In this document: positions 1 through 8,075 of the stretch, in pieces
How positions within the stretch are numbered: position 1 is the first letter of the stretch
How the letters are laid out: each line of letters begins with the position of its first letter
From: a virus
Lineage: Duplodnaviria; Caudoviricetes
Length of the DNA: 27,912 nt
Reading direction: 5' to 3' (one strand)
Virus record (IMG/VR): IMGVR_UViG_3300022844_000020
Coordinates: 1-27,912 of that record
Notes under the pieces: generated by a model
Databases searched by the model: none
Seen by the model: the letters and a program-made list of their open reading frames with translations, nothing else
Told to the model about the DNA's origin: nothing
Program-made: the position numbers and the translations under genes

Positions 1-1328
1 TGGACATTCGGTACAAATTCGGTGATCTCGAACATAGGCGCGTGGCGATCTATGAGTTCTCCCATCATTCTGCCATCACGATGGATAAGCACACGAATGC
101 GGCGATCTGTAGTGGTGTGGTCGCCTACTTGCACCGGAACTTCGTGGGCTACTTTGCCAATGCGTACTATTTGATCGGTTCCCACGGTTCGTTCCAGAAC
201 GGTGTACACACTGTCGCGCAGATCGGTTCCTACTACTTCTGGACGTGGATTTTGCGCCAAAATGCTCTGTTGATACATGTCAACACGGCGTTTATCAAGG
301 TAAAACGGGTGATTTTCGCTTTGTTGACGTACACATTCTGCTAATAATTGGCTGTTATAATCGGATAACGTCATCAATCCATTGGCTCCAATGGCTGAAA
401 CCAGCTCCATTTCCCATTGCCAAATCAGTGGCCAGCCACGTTCTGCCTTCCCAATTCCTGTTTTTTCGTATGGCATTGAGGTTTCTACAGGTCGATTTAT
501 GCTTTGAAAGAAGTTTTTTCCTTCCTGAGACTTTGCCAACGGACCATTATCCATCTTGAACATCCAAGGTACGTGCTTAAATACGAGTTCATCTTCCTCA
601 CGATTGAAGAAATCGATCATAAAAGCGGTGGTGTTGCTGCCACTTTCTCCGGAAGCCATAATGACTTTGTGGAATCTAAGGCGTGAATAGGAATCTATAA
701 TAACCCCGAGCATTGGACGCATGCGTTTGTCGCCTTCTTTGTAGCGGAGTACTTTTTTGGATGCTTTGAGAATGTAGTCGCCAATTTCGGAATCGAAGTT
801 TACTACGGTGAAATATTTTGAAAAAGAAAAATCGACTTGTACTTCTTGCAGGGCATACGCGGGTTCGTGGCGGGTGCGTGGCGTAGCTTGGCGGTAGCCG
901 AGTTCTTCGCGAATGATGCGGTTGATGGTACTTTGGTTGCATAATTCTGCATCTTCCACTCCCCAATTCTTGAACTGCTTAAGCACTCTCCAGGTCGCCA
1001 TTTCGCGCTCGCCTTCGCCTGCTTTTTTCAATTTCTCTTTGTGTTCGGCTACTAAATAGGCGATTCGGCGATTGCGTTCGTGGGCTTCTGTATCTTGTAC
1101 TTTACGTTTGGCTATAACCTTTGCGGGACCATTAAGGGAACGTAGTGCAGAGTGGATTTGGTCGAGGCTTAATCCCAGGCGTTTGGCTATGATCTTTTTT
1201 TGGGCGGTCTTCATTCCGTGTCCAGCGTTCTCGATTTCTTCGTCGATCTCTCGCCAGTTAACGGGAACTTCTTTCCATCTTTTTTGGATGGATTTTTTTG
1301 AAGATGATGAGTTGGATGCGTTTGGCAT
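1..1328 (-). CDS. Mu-like DDE transposase (MuA-type), 3' end truncated by the window edge
   Basis: Translated by hand from ATG 1328 (MPNASNSSSSKK...), open to position 1 (about 442 codons); absent from the ORF track. N-terminal HTH-like IAKRLGLSLDQI, then rve-like motifs EVQVD, IIDSYSR, FKMDNG, GKAER. Confidence 0.88.
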   Translation of the reverse strand, partial: MPNASNSSSSKKSIQKRWKEVPVNWREIDEEIENAGHGMKTAQKKIIAKRLGLSLDQIHSALRSLNGPAKVIAKRKVQDTEAHERNRRIAYLVAEHKEKLKKAGEGEREMATWRVLKQFKNWGVEDAELCNQSTINRIIREELGYRQATPRTRHEPAYALQEVQVDFSFSKYFTVVNFDSEIGDYILKASKKVLRYKEGDKRMRPMLGVIIDSYSRLRFHKVIMASGESGSNTTAFMIDFFNREEDELVFKHVPWMFKMDNGPLAKSQEGKNFFQSINRPVETSMPYEKTGIGKAERGWPLIWQWEMELVSAIGANGLMTLSDYNSQLLAECVRQQSENHPFYLDKRRVDMYQQSILAQNPRPEVVGTDLRDSVYTVLERTVGTDQIVRIGKVAHEVPVQVGDHTTTDRRIRVLIHRDGRMMGELIDRHAPMFEITEFVPNV

Positions 1329-1369
1329 AGTTTTTTTGGTTGCGCCCGGAATTCGTTATTGGTTAATTG

Positions 1370-1879
1370 TTAGTCGGAGTAAAGTTTTCTTAGGTCTTTC
1401 CCTTTTTTACTTCGTAGGTAGCGGGCGCTGGCTTGGTTTAGTTTGTTGTATAGATCAGTATTTCCATTGCTGAAAATGCGCTGTAAGCCTACGATGATCT
1501 TGCTGGCTTCTTTGGGCGTACACATGCGTTCGCTTTTTTTGTAGCCAACTTGCCGTTGCATGAATTGGTATTTACTTTCTGTGCTCATGCCAAGCAATTC
1601 GGCAAGGGCTTTGATCTTTTCTTGCTGTCCAAAACTTGCTCGTTCAGTTCCATCGCCTAACATGCGCTGCATGGTTGCAATGGCTGCATCGGCTTGCTTA
1701 ACGGTTAAGGCTTTGGTGCTGCGCACATTGAATTCGATGTACAGCCAATCGGTCTTGAATTGCTCAATATCATCCCATTGGCCTGTTGCCTTAATCACGT
1801 TGTTGGCACAAGTGAATAGGGTTTTTATTCTGCCTGGAGTGATTTTGCGGACGGGGTAGGTGGTGGTTGGTTGGTTCAT
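1370..1879 (-). CDS. gemA: GemA / Mu gp16-like (DUF1018) protein
   Basis: Pattern RIKTLF...VRSTKALTVKQADAAIATM...KIKAL...FMQRQVG...TPKEASKIIVGL is typical of GemA. Start placed at ATG 1879 because the longer start lies within a heptamer repeat. Confidence 0.72.
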   Translation of the reverse strand: MNQPTTTYPVRKITPGRIKTLFTCANNVIKATGQWDDIEQFKTDWLYIEFNVRSTKALTVKQADAAIATMQRMLGDGTERASFGQQEKIKALAELLGMSTESKYQFMQRQVGYKKSERMCTPKEASKIIVGLQRIFSNGNTDLYNKLNQASARYLRSKKGKDLRKLYSD

Positions 1880-1914
1880 TTCAATATTCAATATTCAATG
1901 TTCAATGTTCAATC
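1880..1914. repeat. Heptamer tandem repeat (TTCAATN)x5
   Basis: ttcaata ttcaata ttcaatg ttcaatg ttcaatc read directly. Confidence 0.9.
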
Positions 1915-1920
1915 CCTTCT

Positions 1921-1943
1921 TCCCCTTCGACAAGCTCAGGGGA
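1921..1943. repeat. REP-like palindrome TCCCCTTCGACAAGCTCAGGGGA
   Basis: TCCCCT/AGGGGA arms around TCGACAAGCTC; the same core recurs at 8181-8191. Confidence 0.6.
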
Positions 1944-1956
1944 CTTCGGGCGGGTG

Positions 1957-2142
1957 TTAATTATCGGCTTTTGTGCCTGTATTGGGTTTTATCGGGTTTT
2001 TGCCCGATTCTTCGTCTTGAGGAAGAATTCCCCAATGCCAGGAGTGGGCATCGGGTTCATCTTGTAGCAGCTGATCATCTACATGATCGCGCAGCGGTGA
2101 AAATTGCTTTTCCCATTCAGACATGTTCGGTACGCCGCTCAT
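1957..2142 (-). CDS. Hypothetical protein (61 aa)
   Basis: ATG 2142 overlaps the upstream stop (ATGA coupling). Confidence 0.55.
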   Translation of the reverse strand: MSGVPNMSEWEKQFSPLRDHVDDQLLQDEPDAHSWHWGILPQDEESGKNPIKPNTGTKADN

Positions 2143-2552
2143 TCTTGGTCCTGAAATGGGTTCCAAATCCACGGTGTAGATGTAGAATCGGTTGGTTGGT
2201 AGCGTATAACCATGGTAGTTCGGTTCAGATACTGGGCGTTGAACTCCTCAAAATCTTGGTCGAATACAATAATAGTGAGCTTCCCAAATTCCGACTCAGG
2301 GGCTAGATCAGGAAGCGCCTCAGAGCCTTTGGCAATCAGCTCGGTGCTGTATATTCTGCCTTCCGAGTAGTTTGTGTTGCCGATTTTTAGGCTTTGCCCG
2401 ATGGTAGCAGTAATAAGAACTTCGTTGCGCTCAATATCTTGCTCATAGTGATCTGCAACATCGCATCCTACCAACATCAAAATGGTATATAGAATGAAAA
2501 AGAAAATCATGAACTGATAAAAAATGTGTCCGGTTGTGTCTGATTTTCTCAT
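2139..2552 (-). CDS. Putative lipoprotein
   Basis: Hydrophobic stretch followed by lipobox-like LVGC; coupled to neighbouring genes. Confidence 0.65.
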   Translation of the reverse strand: MRKSDTTGHIFYQFMIFFFILYTILMLVGCDVADHYEQDIERNEVLITATIGQSLKIGNTNYSEGRIYSTELIAKGSEALPDLAPESEFGKLTIIVFDQDFEEFNAQYLNRTTMVIRYQPTDSTSTPWIWNPFQDQE

Positions 2553-2797
2553 GATGTAACTCTGATTTTTAAGATGGGTCTTAAATCATCCATAGACTTG
2601 GTAACGCGGAAGTTTGTCCAAGGATAGGCGAGCTTAATTCGGTCTCCCAAATCGTGCCATTCGCTTACGCTTTTGCACTGGATAAGAAGTTCATCGCCGA
2701 TATGTATATCGCTAAAGACTTCTAGTATTTGTTCGAAGCTGTTTATGGTTGAATCGATTATTTTCATTTGTTGGATTTTTTCAAGGATGTTTTTCAT
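2549..2797 (-). CDS. Hypothetical protein
   Basis: ATG 2797 (MKNILEK...) after an A-rich leader; stop overlaps the next ATG. Confidence 0.6.
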   Translation of the reverse strand: MKNILEKIQQMKIIDSTINSFEQILEVFSDIHIGDELLIQCKSVSEWHDLGDRIKLAYPWTNFRVTKSMDDLRPILKIRVTS

Positions 2798-2859
2798 GGT
2801 CTCGGGTTTATTAATTGGCGTTTCATTGTGCAAATGGTGCCATACCGTATCTAAGATGA

Positions 2860-3042
2860 TTATTGTATTTGATGTTCTTTTTCCCAATTTAATTGCCTCA
2901 TATAAGCTTCATGCTCATCATCTACTTGGCTAGCTACAGAAAGCATGGCCCACACTGCAACTATTGCAAAGAATAGAACCAGCAGAAGTGCGATTGCGCC
3001 GCAAGTGGCTAAAAAATCGAGATACAAAAAAAGGCTATACAT
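2860..3042 (-). CDS. Small membrane protein
   Basis: ATG 3042 (MYSLFLYLDF...), one long hydrophobic segment. Confidence 0.55.
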   Translation of the reverse strand: MYSLFLYLDFLATCGAIALLLVLFFAIVAVWAMLSVASQVDDEHEAYMRQLNWEKEHQIQ

Positions 3043-3067
3043 AGGTTTGGGGGTTAATTTTTGGTTG

Positions 3068-3096
3068 AAAGAAGCTGATCGTCTCACCAATCAGCC
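3068..3096 (-). terminator. Putative intrinsic terminator/attenuator after the DUF3164 gene
   Basis: Minus strand GGCTGATTG-gtgaga-CGATCAGCT followed by TCTTT. Confidence 0.5.
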
Positions 3097-3120
3097 ACGG
3101 AAGGATGAAACACGAAATTG

Positions 3121-3801
3121 TTATTCGGCTGGTAGCACAGGCTCTACATCGCTGTAGCTCAAAATTACGGTTTGCTCTTTGCCTTGCGTATCGCGAGCGA
3201 TGAACTGCTCATAACGCTTAGCGTAATAGGGTTTCAAGCACTGATTGAAGTGATCTACCATTTTGCGGAAGTTCTTATTTGGGATTTTCTCACGCATTTT
3301 ATTCAATTCCGAAAGTTGTGCCTGGTCTACATTGCCGTCTCGGCTTTCCATCAAGTTGGCAACCAATTCCATGTAATAATCTGGAACAGCGTTCGCCTCA
3401 TCCCGCAACCATTTGCGCTTGTATTCTTGTGCGATTGCCAATTCCACATCATCACGAGTGTATTTTGGAGGTCGAGTGAATTTGATGCTCAAGAGCTTAT
3501 CGAAGGTTGTTCGGGTGAATCCCTTTTGTGATTTTGGATCCAATCCAGCCTCTTGCATTCGTTGCTCGTAAATAGAATCGCCCTGGCTTTGGACCTTGGC
3601 TTTAAAAGCTTGTAGGCGCTCAAGGAGTTCTGCCGCTTCGGCATGTAAATCGGTTACACTTTGGTGCTCGATTAGATCTATGTTGGGCACATATTCGAGA
3701 GGTACTTCATTGCCCTTATAATCGGTGATCGATGTAATACCTTGTTTCTTGCCTCGTCTTCGAATGATGCCTGCTTGCTGTGCGATGCTTTGTTTTTTCA
3801 T
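3121..3801 (-). CDS. DUF3164-family protein of transposable phages
   Basis: DYKGNEVPLEYV..ID, LQAFKAKV, KGFTRTTFD motifs; early-operon context. Confidence 0.75.
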   Translation of the reverse strand: MKKQSIAQQAGIIRRRGKKQGITSITDYKGNEVPLEYVPNIDLIEHQSVTDLHAEAAELLERLQAFKAKVQSQGDSIYEQRMQEAGLDPKSQKGFTRTTFDKLLSIKFTRPPKYTRDDVELAIAQEYKRKWLRDEANAVPDYYMELVANLMESRDGNVDQAQLSELNKMREKIPNKNFRKMVDHFNQCLKPYYAKRYEQFIARDTQGKEQTVILSYSDVEPVLPAE

Positions 3802-3816
3802 GGTTTTTCCTTTTGA

Positions 3817-3839
3817 GGGCGAATGCGATTCGCCCGTAC
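3817..3839 (-). repeat. REP-like element GTAC-GGGCGAAT-cgc-ATTCGCCC
   Basis: Perfect 8-bp stem preceded (minus strand) by GTAC, resembling the GTAG-headed REPs associated with RAYT transposases. Confidence 0.65.
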
Positions 3840-3843
3840 TGGT

Positions 3844-4224
3844 TTATAGATTTGGTTTTTTGATAATAAGTTGAGGGCTTTGATGCCTTGTGGATGAATA
3901 TCTATTCATCCTTACGCTTCTTTTTGCGTGAAATTCGCGAAGTCGGTGACTGATCACTTCGTTGATGTATGGATTTGCATTGCCGTGTAGCTTTGCCTTG
4001 GTTACTGTCCAAGCGTACAATTCTAGGCTACGGTCGCCATCCCACACCTTGGCAAAGGTAGTATCTACTAATTCGTAAGCTTCGCGGTAAGTAAGTGCTT
4101 CAACATATGATTGATAGACAGCGGTAATTAATACGGCTATCATTAGAAAAATGGCTAAAAGTGCGAGATAGTCGATAGGTTGCATAGGATTGGTGGTTAA
4201 TTGTTGCATAGTATTAAGGCTCAT
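3844..4224 (-). CDS. Hypothetical membrane-anchored protein
   Basis: 126-aa ORF with an N-terminal transmembrane helix, in operon orientation. Confidence 0.65.
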   Translation of the reverse strand: MSLNTMQQLTTNPMQPIDYLALLAIFLMIAVLITAVYQSYVEALTYREAYELVDTTFAKVWDGDRSLELYAWTVTKAKLHGNANPYINEVISHRLREFHAKRSVRMNRYSSTRHQSPQLIIKKPNL

Positions 4225-4248
4225 TTCGTCGTGTCGTAATTAGGATCC

Positions 4249-4490
4249 GTTATGTGCAAGAATGCTTAGTTATGGATGTTTCCATGCGTGTTCCCAATCT
4301 TTATTATCATAAATTTTCCCTGTTCCATTACAAACAAGGCAAGTTTCTCCGTTAATTTTACCTTCTCCTTCACACTCATCACAATCAATGATTTCATCAT
4401 ATTCAAATCCTTCTACTCTTTTTTTTGCCATTTCAACCCTTTGTTTTAGTTTATATTCAAATTTCGCCTTTCAACACATAACACTCGTTA
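4249..4490 (-). mobile_element. Integron-like single-gene cassette
   Basis: AT-rich segment bounded by GTTATGTG (4249-4256) and its exact complement CACATAAC (4475-4482); TAAC-actc-GTTA at 4479-4490. Confidence 0.6.
4270..4431 (-). CDS. 53-aa DnaJ-type zinc-finger protein
   Basis: Not in the ORF track. MAKKRVEGFEYDEIIDCDECEGEGKINGETCLVCNGTGKIYDNKDWEHAWKHP; two CxxCxGxG motifs. Confidence 0.8.
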   Translation of the reverse strand: MAKKRVEGFEYDEIIDCDECEGEGKINGETCLVCNGTGKIYDNKDWEHAWKHP

Positions 4491-4493
4491 AAA

Positions 4494-5015
4494 TCAACTC
4501 TGCTGAATCTTAGCTTTGTACGTTAGCCGGTAAAAGAGGTCTAAGAACTGGCGCTTGGTTTTGCGCCAATGCTGGTATCTGATGTCGGCAGAAACTATCG
4601 GCTCCTGTCCCTTCAATACCATGCGTTCGCGAATGAGTGCAGCAGCATCTACTTCCTTCACTCGTGGATCTAAGATTTCCGGCACGCCGAACTTCTTTGC
4701 GATTTCGCTCCACAAGCGACCTTCAATCAATTGATAGTTCAGGCACTGCTTCTTAATTGGTGATGCCAAATCTTGCATATATGCTTCCGTAGCATCGTGC
4801 AGTAAGGCTTGCAAACCCAACTCTTTGCCGTACACATTGCGGTAGCACCATATAGAATGTTGCCCAACGGTGTATGGGAATCGGGTGTGCCCGGTCCAAC
4901 GTGGAATCATGCTTAAGGCGTGGGCAATGTCTTCGATATGAATACACTCAGGATTTGGATACATGATGTCCAACACATTACGGCTCGGATAGGTATCTAC
5001 TTTGGCGCTTGGCAT
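4494..5015 (-). CDS. HD-domain phosphohydrolase (YfbR/5'-deoxynucleotidase-like)
   Basis: IEDIAHALS..PRW.GH...YTVGQHS and ALLHDATEAY.D motifs; ATG 5015 directly follows the upstream stop. Confidence 0.85.
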   Translation of the reverse strand: MPSAKVDTYPSRNVLDIMYPNPECIHIEDIAHALSMIPRWTGHTRFPYTVGQHSIWCYRNVYGKELGLQALLHDATEAYMQDLASPIKKQCLNYQLIEGRLWSEIAKKFGVPEILDPRVKEVDAAALIRERMVLKGQEPIVSADIRYQHWRKTKRQFLDLFYRLTYKAKIQQS

Positions 5016-5016
5016 G

Positions 5017-5301
5017 TTAGTTCTCCAATTGTGGTGAAACATCTACAGTGCTTCTGTTTGTGTGCTCAGAAACATGGAATACCAAGCTGTTGAGTGCTTT
5101 ATTGGCTTTCTCCGCTAAGTTTACCTTATTGCCAAAGTTGTGAATTACATACGCCTTACCATCACTGTACTTGGCAATCACTATGTTTTGATGCGTGCTT
5201 TTATCTAGCGATTTGTTGGTTAGTACCAGTTTTTGCGTGGTAAAGAAAAGCACTTGCTCCAGGTCTAATTCTGCAATCGGTTCAATGGATTTGATAATCA
5301 T
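5017..5301 (-). CDS. Hypothetical protein
   Basis: ATGA-coupled ORF in the early operon. Confidence 0.65.
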   Translation of the reverse strand: MIIKSIEPIAELDLEQVLFFTTQKLVLTNKSLDKSTHQNIVIAKYSDGKAYVIHNFGNKVNLAEKANKALNSLVFHVSEHTNRSTVDVSPQLEN

Positions 5302-5591
5302 ATTGCTTCCTTTTTTGGATTAGATTCTTCAATTCTGATTAAGGTGATGTACACTTGATACTCTCGGTTCTCTTCGGTTCGCCCGAAAATATCAAACCAT
5401 TTATTAGGCAATCTGTTTTTAGCCAGGCGTTTAATCTGCTGGGTATCAAAGCGGTTATTGCCTACAAAGCCCATTACTTCGTTAAGGTCTAGTTCATCCA
5501 TTTCGGTAAGCACTTCGTCAAACTTCGATTTTTGTCGCGCTCGCCCTACGTGGGTTGGTAACTTGTCTAGCTTAAATGGCTCGGGTCTCAT
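5298..5591 (-). CDS. Hypothetical protein
   Basis: TAATG-coupled ORF. Confidence 0.65.
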   Translation of the reverse strand: MRPEPFKLDKLPTHVGRARQKSKFDEVLTEMDELDLNEVMGFVGNNRFDTQQIKRLAKNRLPNKWFDIFGRTEENREYQVYITLIRIEESNPKKEAI

Positions 5592-5785
5592 TACACTGCC
5601 TTTTTATTGGTAGACTTCTTAATTCTATCGCTGGCGTTCATCGTTTTGAGATGGTCGATGATTAGGAGTGCTTCGCGACTGTAAGGCGGTTGGAACTTAA
5701 AGGTGCATACTTCGGGCAAGTAGGTCTGCATGACGGCATGTTTGTCCGACTCGGCTTGATCAATATGTTGTTGTGGGATTTTCAT
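5591..5785 (-). CDS. Hypothetical protein
   Basis: 64-aa ORF coupled to the next gene. Confidence 0.6.
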   Translation of the reverse strand: MKIPQQHIDQAESDKHAVMQTYLPEVCTFKFQPPYSREALLIIDHLKTMNASDRIKKSTNKKAV

Positions 5786-5797
5786 CTAAGATAATGT

Positions 5798-5818
5798 TGA
5801 ATTCTAAATTTTGAATTA
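5798..5818. repeat. Heptamer repeat (RAATTNN type), 3 units
   Basis: tgaattc taaattt tgaatta. Confidence 0.55.
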
Positions 5819-6928
5819 ATTGAGGATTTCACCTGTTGCTTCGTCTACGGTTTCGCCGTGCATGTCTTTGACGGGGCGGGTTTCGGTGGCGCCTGCAAAG
5901 GCTTCGTAATTGTTGTTGTACAAGCTTTGGCGGCCTCCATCAATAGTGCGATGTAGATTCACAATGTGGTGGCGTAGATCTTCGGGGCAATCGTCCATCA
6001 TCTTAATCTTGGTGATGAACTTGTTTGCCACATGTTGCGCCTCGAAAGCGTAGCCAAGCATATTCTCTAAACCTTCTACGGTTGCCGCCTTATTGCCGTG
6101 CATCATATCCATGCGTTCAGCGTACTCGGCTTTTTCTTGTAAATCACTTACTAGCTTTTTCTGCTGCTTAAGTTCAGCTTCTAGTTCACTCTTAGCATCC
6201 AGCAGCTTGGCATTGCGATCTTTGTAGCCGTCAATTTCACCCTTTAACAACTTACTGATCTCGTTTCGAGTTCGCATCTGAATATCTTCCAGGGCTACTT
6301 CACGTCCATCGCCGAATTTCACCACGCCTGTATTAAGCACCTCAGCGAAATCGGCGTCTTCGATTCGGGCTACTTCGTACCACTTAGATAAGCCAATACT
6401 GTTTAAGGCGGTTAAATTTGCTTGTTGTTCTTCATTTAAGTGGGACGCTGGTGTCTCACCATGTAACACCGGTGTTACATTGCTATGTAAACCCAGGTTT
6501 ACATTCGGAATTAAATCCTCAAACCTATCAGCCACTTTTAACTTTTTGTGAGCTGCTTGCCTAGAAATACCTAGCTCCACTTGATAGAACTCTTCACGAG
6601 TACTGTAGCCTAGATCTAGATGATGCTCACCATCTAAGAACTTCTTAAGGAGAATAGCTTGGGCAAGGTCTGCCATTTTCATGAGGCTGTACAGCGAATG
6701 CGCACTGGCTTGCTGTTGTGGTGTACGTTGCACTATTTCGCCACGTTCGGCGTCGTACACTTCGCGTACTTGGAATGAGGGTGCGGCCGTGGTCTGGTTG
6801 CCCGGAACCGCCACTGCGCCGCCATTTTGTGTGCTTTCGCAAGAATCATCCGTAGATGATGTTGTGACCTCATTTTCTTGATCGGAATTTTGAATTCTGA
6901 ATTCTGAATTTTGAATTTCTTCAGCCAT
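5816..6928 (-). CDS. DUF3102-like DNA-binding / coiled-coil protein
   Basis: Start at ATG 6928 (TAATG overlap). AILLKKF...HLDLGYSTREEFYQVELGISRQAAHKKLKVA resembles the DUF3102 HTH; C-terminal coiled coil. Confidence 0.6.
   Translation of the reverse strand: MAEEIQNSEFRIQNSDQENEVTTSSTDDSCESTQNGGAVAVPGNQTTAAPSFQVREVYDAERGEIVQRTPQQQASAHSLYSLMKMADLAQAILLKKFLDGEHHLDLGYSTREEFYQVELGISRQAAHKKLKVADRFEDLIPNVNLGLHSNVTPVLHGETPASHLNEEQQANLTALNSIGLSKWYEVARIEDADFAEVLNTGVVKFGDGREVALEDIQMRTRNEISKLLKGEIDGYKDRNAKLLDAKSELEAELKQQKKLVSDLQEKAEYAERMDMMHGNKAATVEGLENMLGYAFEAQHVANKFITKIKMMDDCPEDLRHHIVNLHRTIDGGRQSLYNNNYEAFAGATETRPVKDMHGETVDEATGEILN
6440..6504. repeat. Three tandem 20-bp palindromes inside coding sequence
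   Basis: GTGGGACGCTGGTGTCTCAC (6440-6459, pairs with G-T wobbles), ATGTAACACCGGTGTTACAT (6461-6480, perfect), ATGTAAACCCAGGTTTACAT (6485-6504, 9-bp arms). Confidence 0.9.
6885..6919. repeat. Heptamer repeat (GAATTYY)x5 within coding sequence
   Basis: gaatttt gaattct gaattct gaatttt gaatttc; translates as EIQNSEFRIQNS on the minus strand. Confidence 0.9.
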
Positions 6929-7221
6929 TACACTGCTTCCTTGTTTGATTTTTCGTTTAGTATTTTTCGGATGTACTCGTGCGATAAGCAGAAGTAGAAG
7001 GCGATTTTTCGCAAGCTCCACTCAAACGAAACTTGGTGAAATCGCCATGCGGTCCATTCCATATCTGTGCCCATAAAGGGGTTTTCGGTGTAGCCAACAG
7101 GCTCAATTTCTAAGGCTCTGCGAACGGTGCGTTCGCTGCATTCTAGGCGCTTGGCAATAAGTGCATTACCCATGCCTACCGATTTCGCCATTACTATGCG
7201 GTTGTGGAGATTAGTCGGCAT
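6928..7221 (-). CDS. Double-HTH DNA-binding protein
   Basis: NALIAKRLECSERTVRRAL and WSLRKIAFYFCLSHEYIRKIL. Confidence 0.7.
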   Translation of the reverse strand: MPTNLHNRIVMAKSVGMGNALIAKRLECSERTVRRALEIEPVGYTENPFMGTDMEWTAWRFHQVSFEWSLRKIAFYFCLSHEYIRKILNEKSNKEAV

Positions 7222-7284
7222 TAGGCGACCTCTTCATTGCATGTAATACCTTAACGGTAGCCTCATTTTTTTCTGCACCCATCA

Positions 7285-7563
7285 TCAACTCCCAGTGGCT
7301 GTTAATTCTTGAGCAAGTTGATCGCTCACTTCTATTTTCTGCCTATTTAAGATTTCGTCACGATATGAGACAGCCTCTTTTATAATCGCTGAGATTTTAG
7401 GAGTGATTGGGTAATCTTCTTTAAAAGCACGACCAATAGTACGGACCGTAACTTTTATATCCTTTTTATCGAGTCTTGATTGTATTTGTTTGTGCGCACC
7501 CAGTGGCAAAAGGGTGTTCAATGCCACTCTATTGATGGTGCTTATGGAAATTTGTTTTCGCAT
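7285..7563 (-). CDS. Ner/Cro-like regulator, first gene of the early operon
   Basis: Small basic protein LP.G....I...L......TVRTIGRAF; lies next to the divergent control region. Confidence 0.55.
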   Translation of the reverse strand: MRKQISISTINRVALNTLLPLGAHKQIQSRLDKKDIKVTVRTIGRAFKEDYPITPKISAIIKEAVSYRDEILNRQKIEVSDQLAQELTATGS

Positions 7564-7766
7564 CAATTGTCTGTATTATGTTGGTTGTGTGTCTGAACTC
7601 TGTCATAATATAATCACAATTTGTCATAATGCCAAAAGAATTATCGAATAATTCAATAAAAATATTCAGGTTTTTTACGCCATACTTAGTGGCGTAGCAA
7701 TACTAGGTTCGATCATTGCAGTATCAACATATTGACATAATCCACCGTATCACCTAACTTAACAAG
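7564..7766. promoter_or_regulatory. Divergent control region with operator-like repeats
   Basis: TGTCATAAT at 7601-7609 and 7622-7630, TGACATAAT at 7733-7741; hairpin TACGCCA-7nt-TGGCGTA at 7676-7696. Confidence 0.55.
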
Positions 7767-8075
7767 GTGAAATCTTCAGCAAGTGCATCCTCCGAACAAT
7801 CTGATCTATTCCCTAGTGAGTTCCAACTCGGACCTATTACTTCTATCTTGAGAGAAGAATTGAGTCCGGCTGGGTTCGCAGCTATTAAGAATCTCGGCAA
7901 GCATGTGGAGTATCTAATGCGCGAACAGCAACGCAAAGACGAGATTAGAACCGAATACTTCACCCTTCGCGAATCGCTTGGCTCGGCAAAAGAAGCACAA
8001 CGGCACATCATGGATACCTACGAGCTAGAATACGATCTGTTTGATAAGATCATCTACCCAAGAATCGGGAATTGA
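7767..8075 (+). CDS. Putative Mor/C-like late transcription activator
   Basis: GTG start; C-terminus RKDEIRTEY...IMDTYELEYDLFDKIIY is reminiscent of the Mor/C HTH; first rightward gene, before the terminase. Inference. Confidence 0.45.
   Translation: MKSSASASSEQSDLFPSEFQLGPITSILREELSPAGFAAIKNLGKHVEYLMREQQRKDEIRTEYFTLRESLGSAKEAQRHIMDTYELEYDLFDKIIYPRIGN

Noticed and set aside
42-1473. Short ORFs listed in the track over 42-1473
   Set aside because: They are shadows of the minus-strand transposase frame (1328 to <1) and of gemA.
4494-5015. HD protein as DatZ of a Z-base (2-aminoadenine) genome
   Set aside because: No PurZ, MazZ or DNA polymerase in the window; this HD family is common in phages.
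6440-6504. CRISPR mini-array interpretation of the palindromes
   Set aside because: Units differ from one another, there are no spacers of 25-45 bp, and no cas genes are present.
6929-7021. Longer N-terminus of the 401-aa ORF
   Set aside because: Overlaps the upstream HTH gene; ATG 6928 is TAATG-coupled and more plausible.
7629-7697. 22-codon ORF as a repressor remnant
   Set aside because: Too short, with no recognisable motif; kept only as a note in the control-region finding.
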